Assembly (NCBI GenBank): GCA_020536535.1
Contig: JAHLWZ010000850.1
Coordinates: 1-64,000, forward strand
Source: Pelomyxa schiedti
Lineage: Eukaryota; Protista; Evosea
Length of the DNA: 64,000 nucleotides
Direction of reading: 5' to 3'
The notes beneath the pieces were generated by a model. The model saw only the letters and a program-made list of their open reading frames with translations, did no database searches and was not told the origin of the DNA. Below are positions 52,001 to 64,000 of this stretch, piece after piece. Within the stretch, counting starts at the first letter, position 1. Each line of letters opens with the position of its first letter. The translations under genes were made by a program, and so were the position numbers.

Positions 52001-53756
52001 GGTATTTACTTCATTATTCCTTCATTAGATTACGAGAGCATTTTGTTACTTGGCTTACTTTCTTTGTAGAAATACGGAAGGCTGCAAGTGATCTTGTTCC
52101 AACATTATTCCACTGCATTTCCATTGTTGATAACAGTACTTCGGCAAGCTCTGATGTATACCACGCACACAAGACTGCCCTTTGGCGTGCAATGTACCGT
52201 GGAATAATGGGGAGCATTTCTTTAGTTGCCGACAAAGAGACTATCCTTGAACAATTGGAGGGATTGTTGGAAGTTACCCTTTATTCCATCCTTACTCCCT
52301 CTTATTCTCAAAAGACACTTCCTTTCATTGATGCGGATTGCCTTACTGTTGAAGAGTTCTCTCAGTTTACGAACTTTTTGACTGACACTTTCAGACACTT
52401 CCATGAAACCAACACTCGTGCAAGTTGGTTTCTTTTGCAAAACAAAAAAAGTCAATCTTCTCTGTCCCAGTTACTCGTGGAATGAGTGAGGAACTTGAAG
52501 AGTTGACTGAACTGGAAGAAGAAGAAAAAATGGATGGTAGCATTGCAATTCAGGTTAACAACTTTATTTTTCCTTTCTTGTAAAAATCAATGAAGGCATG
52601 TGAATGCACAAAGAAGATGGCTTCTCTGAATAAACTTGGGGAATATTGCAGTTACTTTGCCTCTGACCTTCTTCCAGTTGTACTAGTACTAATGGTTATT
52701 TTACAAGCACCAAAAATCCTTTAAACACAGTAGAAAGGGTGCTGAGCGACCTTACACTGAGAGATGTCTTGCACTGTGTGCATATGATGACCTCCTTGAA
52801 CTATCCTGGTTTCCAAAAAAAAAAAAACAACCAAGTAAATTAAGACATGGAAGGGAAGCAGCACAGTGTCATTTTCATCATTTCATTGACCTTTTACTGA
52901 CAAATGTTACGGTTCATGACGCCAGTCTACGACAATCAGCAGCCTATGGCCTAGGTTTGTGGGTGCCAGCTTTCTAAGATTAATACTCTCCAGGATTGTG
53001 TGCCATGAAAGGAGGGGACTTTTTTGTGCCATTTGCACCAAAGGCTCTCTCGGCCTTGCGCAATGCAGTAAATGACCCCTTAGACGGGTCTGAGTCGAGC
53101 CAGGCCGCAACTGACAATGTTATATCTGCGTTATTCAAAATTTGTACTTCAGCGAGTGGTGTGTACCTCCGCAAAAAAAAAAAAAGTTCTAGCCAAGATA
53201 AGCAACAATCAGCCAACCAACTCACCCACCCCGAAGCCAAATCCTAACCAACCGCATCAGGAAGAATAGTGGACGATATCACTCTTTGGCCGATTCTACT
53301 GCAATCACTTCCTATTGTTACTGATACAGTGGAGGCCCTTATTGTTTATGATTCCCTGGCTACACTTCTCCACAGGTAATTTCCTGCAACCCAAAGGCTT
53401 CCCATAACTCCAACTCGCCACGAACTACCCAACCCACCCCAAAAAGGTCCCCGGCCGTCGCTCTCGGCAGAAACTTCGAGTACCTTGGGCAGGTGATCAG
53501 GGTGATCGCCCGCGTGGCCAATTCCAAGTTGGTTACGCCCGAGACGAACCTGAAGCTCGCAGAGTTCCTGCACCAGGTTGCCACAACAACAGCACAAACG
53601 CCGGCAGGGCCGACGCAGCCCATTCTGATGCAGTTATGGGAATCCCTCAGCGCAGACGCCAAACAGAACATAGTGCAACTCCAGACCCTCTGGAACACAC
53701 ACTCCCAACAAGCTCAGCAGGCGCAATCCACACAACAAACATCAAATTCCTCTTAA
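49022..53756 (+). CDS. Importin-5 / karyopherin beta-3 (Pse1/Kap121)-like HEAT-repeat protein
   Basis: 'AEQALDRIALALG', 'WKKRWGGLIGLSACVEGC', 'LEDEHPQVRWAACHCIAQ', 'RQSAAYGL', 'ATDNVISALFKI'. Confidence 0.85.
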
Positions 53757-53819
53757 TTTATCCCTATCAGATCTTTGTGTTCGTTTTTTTTCGAACGTTA
53801 AAGAGTGAGGGAAAAAAAA

Positions 53820-56800
53820 ATGCGAAAGGGATTTGCGGCTACAGGGAGCCCATTTTTGTGCTTGTTGTTGACATTTGTCGTCACTTGTGCAACTGTAAGT
53901 ATTAGATTGTATCTGCACTGCTGAGCTATTTGTTGAACACCACTGTTTTCCAAGGGGGCAGAGCCTTTGAACTTCTATGTATTTGACCTGGCCTATATTT
54001 CTGACCTGACCCCTGAGTGTGCCTATGAGCATCAACACGTTGTGGCTGCCCTCTGTGGCCTGGCAAATAGGGATGACCTAAGTGTATACATAGAACTTAC
54101 ATCTACTGATTCTGAGTGGTTGGAGTGGTCACTGTCATCTGGAAAATGGCTGTGTGTTTAGTAATTATTCTATACCTCTTTTTTCATTATGTTGTATTTC
54201 CATTGAGAGTGTTCGTTCTTTTTTCCTCCAATCCTTCATTCTAATAATTGTAGGGAGGGATATGAACCCGTATCTGTGTCATCTCTCGAGGAATTACTCA
54301 GTGCTCTATCTAGTTTCTATACCGGCGTTGTGCTGTATGACACAAATGTTTACAAAAATGAAATACATGCACATGCAACACACTTTTCCAGGTACCGTCT
54401 ACAAGTATGGTAGCTTCGACAATAGCAGGCATTGAGAAACTTCTACCCATTCCTTACCGGCCATCTGATCCAGATTCTTTGTGTGTATTTATTTTATTTT
54501 TCTACCATTATACTCACTGTTCACCTCGTAGGTACAACAAATTGGTTGTTGCAGGGCTCCAGCTTCCAGTAGTTAAGTCCTTAGTTGGAATGTTTAATGG
54601 AAGTATATCTGGTATCTCCTTTCATGTCAGTAGATTAATAGTATTGATGGACATGCTCAGGTAGCTCCAAGTGTGATGCCTATTTGTGGGCAAAGGATCA
54701 ATACATGGACACTGGACTTGCCAATCCATGCAAGATGGGATACTGTACTTCGTGAAAGGATAATTTTTCTGTTAACATTTTCTAAGACCTGGACTGGTGG
54801 TGGACTACTGTAGCAGAAACCTCTGGTCTCCCATACTATGTTAATACTGTTACAAATCATGACTACTTTATTTCACAGCGTGGCTTTTTCTGGGATCTTG
54901 ATGTACAAAATACACAAACATTGGAAAATAGTAATTGCAAACTATAAGGTATGGTGGGATGAAACTCCCAATGATGATCCATCACAACCTCTTGGAACTG
55001 ATCCAAATACCCTCACCACCCTTCTTCTGGCAGCATATCAGCAATCGAAGGTTGGAAATCTTGCCAGAATTTGTAATTCATTGCTCAGAGTGAATGTATG
55101 ATCCATGTTGGGGGATTTACACCCTGGGCTTTTAAGTATGTTGGATGGAAGCATGAAGGCGTGGAGACAGAGTGGCAAACTGCCAAAATAACCTCGGCCT
55201 ACAATGCTTGTACATTCCCTTCCCATGGAGAATCGTCTATAATGTATTTTAGATATCGACGCTGATGCATGTTGCATTCAACAAATGGCAAATGCAGCTT
55301 TTTTCCACCATATGCCTCTCAAATTAAGGTATGCACAAAATCCAGCTCCAACATATGAGGATCTGGTCTCGAAAGGCTATATTGTAGACGACAGAGTGAG
55401 CCCCATTTAATACGCCAAACCTGATAATCCCCAAGGTAGCACGAAAAACTTATTTTATGTTCTATGTTGGAGACTACGATAGTGCCGTAATGTATTTTAT
55501 TTCCTTTTCATTACTCATTGCCTCAAAAGGCTTGGGTATACAATGAAATAAAAGGGTAATGAGAGAATTCCCTTTCTATTACTGAGAGATCCAGTTTTTG
55601 GGATGACCCAGAGAGGGGAACAGTCCCCTTGGGTTGGGCTGTCAACCCCAACTTAGCAGAGCGAATACCCCTTGCCTTTGAGTACATGATGACTTCATTA
55701 ACCCCAAATGACCGTTTAATAACTGGGGATTCTGGCTCTGGATGTTGCATCGAATTACTAAAAGTGTCAGTAACAATTTCTCAGATGTGAATCCCACACA
55801 ACTGCTTGAGCCACGGCAGATTTCAAATTTGACCTCTGCAGAGTCTTTGTGGGTACAATACAATATTCCGTATTACAGGCAATTTTCCATTACATTTACT
55901 GGATTCCTCATAAATGGGGCATCAGGCACTATGACTAAAGAAGCTGAAATGGTTTTCTTTCTTTTCTTCTTCTTTTTGTCAAGATATTAACTCGTATTTA
56001 GATGTACACCTCATTTTCCTGGGACGGTAATTTTCTTGGGAATCGGTGATGTTCTTTATATTCCTTAGGAATGGTGGAGCAGTTTGGATATGAACCTTCA
56101 AGCTCCTTTTTAACAGGTATTCTCGCTGTATTGTGTTTTATGGTAACCACCTCCCAGAAATGGTTCAAAATACCCCTGTATTTGAAGAGGTGGATATCTC
56201 TGGATCTGCCCAAGACGCAGCAAATACAATATTGTCATACCACACACTTGGCAGTATACAATTCCAAGTGTACCGTGGCATTCTACAGACTCCATCATGG
56301 TACAAACAGGTCAGTGATAATTTTTTTGATTATGTTACACCAATCTCTAGGTTGTTGATATCGTCCAAAGTAAAAGAGACATTGTTGTTGTAGATCCCGT
56401 TGAGTTGGCTTATCTTGCTCGGTACCATATGCAAGGCAACAATGATAATAGAGTAGCCTATATAAATGACACTCTTCCGGCTTCTCTTTTGCACACTGGA
56501 GAATCATTTCAGTTAGCAGTCACAACGAGAAATGATGGCTGGAGTACGTTTCGTTCCCACAATCTCTTCTAACCGAGACCAGATACCTTGTATTCTCAGT
56601 CCTGCTATCTTCATTGCCATTTTGACAGCTCAGAAAGTAGTGAATTATGTGGGTTCTATCTCACAGCCGGTATGCACTGCGGTTCTCTTGAAATTAGTTC
56701 ACCTTGATATTAGACATTATGAGTGGGGATTATGGGCAGGTAGTGGGAGAAGTTCCAGCCATCCCTCTCCTGGCTGGGTCACACACATTCACCTATCAAT

Positions 56801-56874
56801 TAACACAGCAAGATGGCACCCCTTTCTCACAGTTTGGCAACATCCCCTGGGAGGCTATTGTGCAAGTACTATAG
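53820..56874 (+). CDS. Secreted GxGYxYP-family putative glycoside hydrolase with a C-terminal Ig-like domain
   Basis: Signal peptide 'MRKGFAATGSPFLCLLLTFVVTCA', 'LCGLANR', 'SSKCDAYLWA', 'WDETPNDDPSQPLGTD', 'GGFTPWAFKY', 'FYVGDYDSA', 'RGTVPLGWAVNP', 'GDSGSG/YVNP'. Confidence 0.78.
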
Positions 56875-56949
56875 GACTGTTTGTTTGTTCTTCATTAAAT
56901 TGTGCCAAAAGATGTTCCATTTCCCTGAAACACAAAATTTAAAAAAAAA

Positions 56950-57508
56950 ATGATGGCAAGCAATAGAACTCCTATGACAGAGGTGATCCCTGGCCAGTTG
57001 TTTCTGGGATCAGAATTCGATGCAGGTGACAGACAACTACTCAAAAGACATGGCATAACACACGTACTCACTGTCGAGTTGGCATTCGATCCGCCGTTTC
57101 CCGATGTTTGTTTTTTGTGCTTTTCTGAATCCCCCACTCAGATTTAACAATATTTTCCACACTGAATGCCTTTGGCAGGAATTTCAATACAAGGTTGTGG
57201 CTGTTGAGGACTGCACGCAACACTCCCTGCTCCTAAAGTCACAGTTCGATTCCTGCATCGAATTCATTGACAACGCCCTCGTTTCCCACAATGGCGTGGG
57301 AGGCCGGGTACTTGTCCACTGCGGGGCCGGAGCCTCGAGATCACCCACCGTTGTTGCAGCGTATCTGATATCTAAAAAGTCACTGGCAGCGACAGAGGCA
57401 CTCAACTCACTCAAGAGGCTGAGGCCTATCGTGGACCCCAACGACGGCTTTGTCCAGGCTCTGCATAAATACCAAATGGAGAAGTTCACCCAGCCGCCAA
57501 GAGAATGA
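56950..57508 (+). CDS. Atypical dual-specificity protein phosphatase
   Basis: 'EVIPGQLFLGS', 'GITHVLTV', catalytic 'VHCGAGASRS', 'RPIVDPNDGF'. Confidence 0.93.
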
Positions 57509-57594
57509 AGTTTTGGGAGTGGAGGAAAACACCCATAAGTATGTCCTTGGATAGTTTTTTGCCTTTATTCAACAAGAATTGAGGGCTTTCTTTC

Positions 57595-57827
57595 GGGGTT
57601 GGTGATGTGGAGGTGGAGTTGAGAGACTTGCTGCGTTTACAGCCGCGCCCTAGGAAGCTTTCAGTAAACAACGTTACCCGAGGTAGCTCGGGCTCCGTGG
57701 TTCGTTTAATGACGCTGCGCATCGGAAGAGGCCGGAAACGGAACATTCAAAAGCGGGCGCTGGGAGCGGTCACAGGAAAACGGGGCTGAGTGGGAGTCTC
57801 AAGATTCAACACTTGCAGCATCAACCC
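57595..57827 (+). ncRNA. Signal recognition particle (7SL-like) RNA
   Basis: Helix 6 CCCGAG-GUAG-CUCGGG (GNAR loop, 57677-57692). Helix 8 AGG-CCG-GAAA-CGG-AACA (57729-57745), followed by UCAAAA. 5' GGGUUGGUG pairs with 3' CAUCAACCC, and GAGACUU pairs with GAGUCUC. A T11 run follows immediately. Confidence 0.82.
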
Positions 57828-57838
57828 TTTTTTTTTTT
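57828..57838 (+). terminator. Pol III oligo(T) terminator of the SRP RNA
   Basis: T11 directly after the terminal stem. Confidence 0.7.
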
Positions 57839-58092
57839 CAATAGGAAAAAAAAAGGGCACTGTTGTATGGTCAGTGTGGTATTTCGATCGAGGTATAAAG
57901 GGGTACATGCAGGACTCAATGAATAAGATTTAAAAACCCATCAAAAATGATCTGCACCAGGTGTTGCAGATGACTTTGCCAAAAAGGCAGTGACCGGTCA
58001 GACACCCCACCAAGTTGAGGGCCGCAGATGTTTTCCACTAAAGAGCAGAGGAAAACACAAAAAAAGCCCAGCGAAAAAAAAAAACCCCAAGG

Positions 58093-59924
58093 ATGCAACA
58101 ACCAACCCTCCTGAGCAGCGTTGACGTTGTGAACGCGCCGCCGTTCCTTTCCTGCGCGCACTGCCGCGGGCCCGTGTTCGAGGACGGCGTGGTGCACCGC
58201 AGCTGCCGCCAGCTCATCTGCTCGGGGTGCTGGCCGTCCGCCGCCCTGCGCGACGTGCGGGCAATAATACCGGCGAGGTGGGGAGGCCGGAGGCCCGGAG
58301 AGCGCGAGGGAGGAGGCGGGGAAACCGCGGAGGCGGGGGCGGGTGCCCCCGGCGGCTCCTCAGCCACGGCGCTGCCCACCCCAACCGCAGCCGCAGCCGC
58401 CGCGAGCCCCGCGTGCAACTGCGCCGTGGTTTGTCCAAAGTGCAACAAGCCCATCGGGATCGATGACGAAGACCCAGTGCCCATGTGCCTGCTTTCGGAG
58501 GTAGAGGAAAAAAAAATATTTTTTTTTTCTATTTGTTTGGTTGCGCTGCTGTTTCGACGTGTAACTTCTTATTTAATTTGATGTTATTTTAATATTTATT
58601 TTGTGACATGGAAAAATAGATGGAGAAAGTGGAAGTGAAGTGCAAATGTTGCACGGAGGTTATGCTGCGGTCACAGTACCAGCAACATTATGAAAGAGCG
58701 TGCTTGACAGGTTTCCTTAATGTGGGAAGTCCTGCTGGAAGCTAACCATCTAAGAATGTGAAAATCAATGTGGGGAACGCTTATGTAGAAGCAATCAAGA
58801 GGAACATAACCAAGGTTGCCCAAAACTCAAAGTACCCTGTCAGCACTGCAATTTACTTGTTGTGCGTGACTGCATGGAAGCCCACCTGACAACAGACTGT
58901 TCTGGAACGCAAGTTAGCACCCTTGACTTCTTCTTGACCTGGAAAAGTAATTATCCCTTAGGTAGCGTGCCCTTGCGGTTGTCAATGGGTCGGGAGAAGA
59001 AGCGAGCTCGGCGCCCACACTCAAAAATGCTCAGTTGACCAGATTTCCTTACTTCGAGATCAGGTTTCCTTACTTCGAGACCAGGTTTCCTTACATCAGC
59101 AAGAAATCAACACTCTCAAGGAGAAGGTTGAAGCTCTAGAAAGCCAAAAATTCAGAGGGCCGCAAGACTACTATGTGCCACTGAACACCATGTATAATCA
59201 GGACAAACAACCCACAACGACGCCAGTTACACCCCCAGCCACAGCCACAGCCACAGCCACAGCCACAGCCGCGCCCCTATCTCTCAGTAGCAGTACCGTC
59301 CATAGTCTCATGCCCACCCCCACCGCCTCCTCATTCTCTCTCGCCTCATCTTCTTCATCATTGTCCCAATGCTCCTCGAAATCATCCTTTTCTTCATCGT
59401 CCATAGCACCAGAGATAGTGCAGCTGTCCTGCCTGCGCCGAGACCTCGAAGCCGAAGCCACGCACCACTTCAGCTACGACGGCCGCACCATCTACATCTT
59501 CGCGGCGGACCCGGCCAAGCCCCTGGCGGACTACCGCTCGTTCGCGGCCGACAAGAAGCTGCGGTGGTGGAAGCCCCGCACGCAGCAGGAGGCGATCGAC
59601 GTGATCCACAAGTGCCAGCAGCTGGCGCCGCGGGGCAAGGCCCACATCGACACGGCGTGGGTGGTCACGCGCGGCGTGGCCACGCAGCCCCGCGAGCGGC
59701 TGTACGGCGGCTTCTCGCTGGGCAACGCGGTCGGCGAGGCGTCGGAGCGGCTGCCCAACGCCGGCGCGTGCGACGGCAACGGGTTCACCGCGGTCAGGAT
59801 GCCCAAGATCAGCTGGTGCAACCCTGAGTACTACGGGTTCACCAGGTGCTGGGACGAGAGGAACACGTATGACTGGCTTGTCACTGAAGAAGACCCTGCT
59901 TTCTGGTCTGCGCCGAGTGAGTGA
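58093..59924 (+). CDS. RING-like + TRAF-type zinc finger protein with coiled coil and an unknown C-terminal domain
   Basis: 'CAHC..HRSCRQLICSGC...CPKC', TRAF Zn-finger repeats 'CENQCGERLCR..H..CPKLKVPCQHC', 'CPCGCQWVGRRSELGAHTQKC', then a heptad coil. Confidence 0.8.
59037..59099 (+). repeat. Three 21-bp tandem repeats encoding heptads DQISLLR/DQVSLLR/DQVSLHQ
   Basis: gaccagatttccttacttcga / gatcaggtttccttacttcga / gaccaggtttccttacatcag. Confidence 0.9.
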
Positions 59925-60312
59925 GTGAGCGTGGCTGGGATTTAAACTTATAATGCGTACCTGTAATAACAACAACAAATGAAGAGACAATTGAGGAAAC
60001 AACAAACTTTGTTTTTGTGGCCCCCTTCCTTGTCCTTTTGGTGGCCACTGGACTACCCTTTTTTCATAAACCCAAAAGCAAACTCCGAGCCAAGTTGGCC
60101 AAATTCTGCGATCAATTTGGAAGGTTGTTTTCGGCTGAAAAGCGACAAACGCGAAAAAAGAAAAAATCTTCGTCGCGCACCACCCAGGAGAGCGGTTTGT
60201 GGAGATCTAGCGAGGTTGTGAGATCTATACTTTTCTACGAGGGGCTGTGCTTCTATCAAGGCCTGCTTCGTTTCTCCGGATTTCGAGACTTTTTTTTGGT
60301 TGTTTGACTGCG

Positions 60313-63300
60313 ATGGCACACGTTGCATCGGGGACGACAAAGCTCATTGGCAGATACACTGTTGTGAAGGTCCTCGCTGAAAGCCAATTTGTTGTCGTTT
60401 ACGAAATTTTGAACCCTGAGGACCCAACGGGGCCACACAGAGCCCTTAAGGTCATCGACACTTCAAGAAGCACTCCTGAGCAAAAACAGGTTGGTGGCAC
60501 TTTTCTGTTTCGTTTGGTCATCCACGTGGCAGCGCATTCTTCAAGAGGCAGTACTACAAGAGTCTATTTCCCACGAAAATGTGATACAATTGTATAGTCA
60601 CACTGTGAGTGAAACTTAACTACTGCCATTCCTTTCTTATTGCTTCTATCCCAAAAAAAAAATTTTGAACCCAGTGGGTTGCTGATTCCTTGTATCTCGA
60701 GATGGAACTTGGAGGGGAAACCCTAAGAAACAAGATTAGGGATACTCCACTTTCTGAGACACAAGCCAAGTTTTTCATAAACAACCTTGGTAATGTTTCT
60801 TTTCCTGTGTTCCAACGAAAATAACACTACAAGCCAGTGCAATATGTGAGCTTTCAAGAAGAAGTATGTACACATTAATTGTATGCCTTGAATCCTCTTA
60901 CTGATATAGATATTGTGCACAGAGATCTGAAGCCAGAGAATGTTCTTTCTCTTATTATTCTTCTATATTTGTTAACTTTTTCTAGATAGTGATTATTGGA
61001 AATATTGCTAAACGTAAAAAAATGATAATTCAATTAGTTTCCTAATGTTTCTTTTCTTTCTATTTCTCCTCCTTAGTATGTGATTTGGTAAGGACAGTTT
61101 ACCCTCCATTTTCCCTTTTTCTTCATCTAATACATAAAACAAGGGTTTCACATCGTTCTATGAAGCACAAGGTTTGCTCGCTTCCAAGTCATATTTTTAT
61201 TCAAATGGCTAGGGAGAACTCTTTATATGGCACCTGAGATAATTAGAAAGGAACCTCATAATACAAAAAGTGTTTTATGGAGCTTAGGTGTCATCTTTGC
61301 GGAGGTTTGAGCTCCAGATCTTTTTATGTTTTATTAATTGTACTAAAAAGATTGTTGGAGTCAGAGCACTCGATCTTGAACAATTCTCTCAGGATGAAAC
61401 TGATGTTATCTTTAATAACAGCAGATTCTCCCTTGAGTTTAATTCTGTTATTCAACGCCTTCTGAAAAAGTATGCTACTTACTTATTTTGTTAGCTGTTG
61501 GAAGTCACCTTTCCATACAGAAACCCGAAAGACCGCATGAGTCCTGAGGAACTCTTGAACCATCCTTTCGTTCGGCTCCCTAAAGTCACAATAACTTCTC
61601 CTCCATCTTGCACATCTGGAACTTGGTTGTTGCCTTATGTGATACAGCATGTTGTGAACCCGGGGAACCTCCAAGGAGTGAGTACTGTAGGCACAGTTGT
61701 CATGGTATCTTCCATATTATTGTGTTTCGGTTCTTCTTACTTAATCAGAGATATCTCCCAAATTCCCCGATGGAATACACAATCTTAGTAGGGCGACATA
61801 AAGTTACTACCGAGACACCAATAACTGATGTCCTGTTTCAGGATGTATGAGCATTTAAAGTTAGCTGTTTGTGGAGTCATTACTAATAAGATCGTATCTG
61901 ACGGATTTGTATGCATTCACAACAACCTTTCTCCTGATGCTTCAGTACCTCTCAGAGAGGAGGAAGTTCCTGTAATTGATGTAGGCTTCACTTGCCTGTC
62001 AATACACCTGATATTAATTAATATCAGATTTCAGCTGTTCGTAAATTTGACCAGATGCTAAAACAACTGCGTCTCCTTCAGTACGTGCTTAATACCGTAG
62101 AAAATTTCCTTGCAGCAGCAAGGTAGGTCAGTTGATACGAAAATAGTCCATGAAACCAAACTACAGCAATATAAATACCATGGAATTGGTTAATGAGTGG
62201 AAGATTACAAAAGAGCACATACAGCGCCAAATGCCACTTCTGCGTGAAAGGCTTGCAGTGGTACACTACTAATACCCTTTTTTTTTGGTTTTGAAAACCT
62301 CAGTGTAACCAAATGGTGCTCTCTGCTGCGCTGTCAGCCAGTGAAAATCTGTCTCTTTCAGATTTCGTTGCATCCATTATTGTCCCGGACTCAACTGCAT
62401 GTTACCAACAAGGTATGACAATACAAAAGTTTTCGCTTAACCTGTTACAAAGATAACTGGCTCAATACAGTCGATGCAATTTCAAAGAGGTGTTATGTAA
62501 CTCTTTGTTTTTTTTTTCTTAAAAAAAAAACCTAGAATACCGGAGCACGAACTTGCCTTCTCACAGATGTTCGATCTCTATAGGATGGCAGCTGAGCAAG
62601 CTACAGGTCCATATCCTTCTCATTGATATTTAGATATAATTGAAGCACTTTTGTTTAGCCACCCCCGATACGAATGCGGGTCTTAGTGTACAACTATGCT
62701 ACCATACTTGTGTAACTACTGATCCACCCACACTCAAATTAACTATCTGAGTAGATCACTTTCTGGTCCACCTTTTCGATTGTAGCAACAATGATAAACT
62801 GTCCTGAATCCTTCTCATCTCGACTTATCGCAGGCATTTCTCCTCCTTTGCTTTGTGAGCCTCAACTCTGACTCACTTAAGCAAGAGACGAACAAAAAAA
62901 GTTGTGCAACATCATCGATGCCCAATTTAACAGTGTTGTAGCTGTAATGAATGCTGTTAACAAGTTCTCTCCTTCTCCACATTTCCCAGTTTAACACCTT
63001 TATCCCTTTATCCCACTAGTTGCACCCCAAGAAACCTTGCGGAGAAGACAGCTAGTACTCAAAGCGGGGCCCAAAACGCTTTGCAAGAGTAAACGCTCCT
63101 AATAATCTTGTTTCCTTGACTAACTCTACAAGGAACGTTACGAAGATCTTTGGAATGCAGCTCACATTTAAAGCCCAACCCAGTGCGGACACCCTGGCCC
63201 GGTATTTGGAAAGTTGTTTTACCCCTCCAGCTGTTTGTATGTACTGCCAGTACATCTCCTTTACCCCAACGAAAATCCTCTCTGTAGGTTCTAGAGAACC

Positions 63301-63469
63301 ACCAGCAGCACCTTGCCCAAGATGTATTGAATTGCACAAACAGAACAAATTACTTTCAGGGCTAATACGGCAGAGCTACTCCACCGACGTAACTCCTTTT
63401 TTCAGAGGACTCCAGGATGTTTGTGCTCAGGAAGCACTTCGCCTCTCTGGTTCTCTTTCGCGAACATGA
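60313..63469 (+). CDS. Divergent Ser/Thr protein kinase with a long C-terminal region of unknown function
   Basis: 'RALKVID', 'LYLEMELGGETL', 'IVHRDLKPEN', 'YMAPE', 'WSLGVI', 'NPKDRMSPEELLNHPFV'. Linkage of the C-terminal exons is inferred. Confidence 0.75.
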
Positions 63470-63624
63470 TTATTAGCACATGTTCGACAGTTTCCTCACA
63501 AAACCGAAAAATCAACTACTGAGAAATAAGCCAGAAAACACATGAATTTTTTTTTCTCGCCTTTTGGCTTTTAAACGGTTGTTTTGCCAGACCAACAAAA
63601 AAAATAAAAACCAAATACAATACA

Positions 63625-64000
63625 ATGGCCACAGCCACAGCCAACACTGACGCCCTCCTTAGCGAGCACACTCCAGTCCTTGTGATTCGCTCGGTGAGAA
63701 TAATTACTACAAGTAAAACCAATTGGCTCTTTCCTAACCTTTGGAGTTAGATTTTCAACAAATACGATACCGACCACAACAACGTCTTGGACCCGTTGGA
63801 GCTCCGAGTAAGTTTTTTTTCCTCTCCCTTTTATTATCAGTTTAAACTGCCGTTGTGGTGCTTATCACTGCTATGCAGAAATTATTCTATGACCTTGGGT
63901 TCCTGTTGAACCCTACGGAGCTCGCTCACGTAGTTGAGGCGGTAGACAAGAATCACAACCACGTAATTGAGTTTGATGAGCTGGCTGCCTGGTGGCACCG
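63625..64000 (+). CDS. EF-hand calcium-binding protein (partial, runs off the window)
   Basis: 'FNKYDTDHNNVLDPLEL' and 'VDKNHNHVIEFDEL' are EF loops. Confidence 0.85.

Noticed and set aside
57486-57789. Short ORFs on both strands downstream of DUSP
   Set aside because: Better explained by the SRP RNA structure.
59037-59099. CRISPR-like direct repeats
   Set aside because: Head-to-tail 21-mers with no spacers, encoding coiled-coil heptads in a eukaryotic exon.

Overview
Gene-dense eukaryotic DNA. It holds about 22 protein genes split by many short (mostly ~40-70 nt) GT-AG introns, often only 30-300 bp apart. Talin, RasGEF, a Tmc-like PAS/cyclase protein, an O2-sensitive enzyme family and the intron style point to an anaerobic amoebozoan, possibly an archamoeba such as Pelomyxa (inference). 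Housekeeping genes: DCAF5-like, Seh1, RPL37, GH47 mannosidase, ADP-ribosylarginine hydrolase, DPP4, talin, CAMK, WIPI/Atg18, importin-5, DUSP, a TRAF-type Zn finger, a kinase and an EF-hand protein. Main finding: an intron-containing aldehyde:ferredoxin oxidoreductase (AOR family, tungsten enzymes of prokaryotes) with intact cofactor, Fe-S and catalytic motifs. It lies 88 bp upstream of a PduO/MMAB cobalamin adenosyltransferase, between clearly eukaryotic genes. Also notable: a major vault protein homolog that stops after repeat 7 and ends in a membrane tail-anchor, an apparently Alu-less SRP RNA with a variant helix 8, a catalytically dead cyclase domain, and a secreted bacterial-type GxGYxYP protein. 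All gene models were spliced by eye, so boundaries are approximate.
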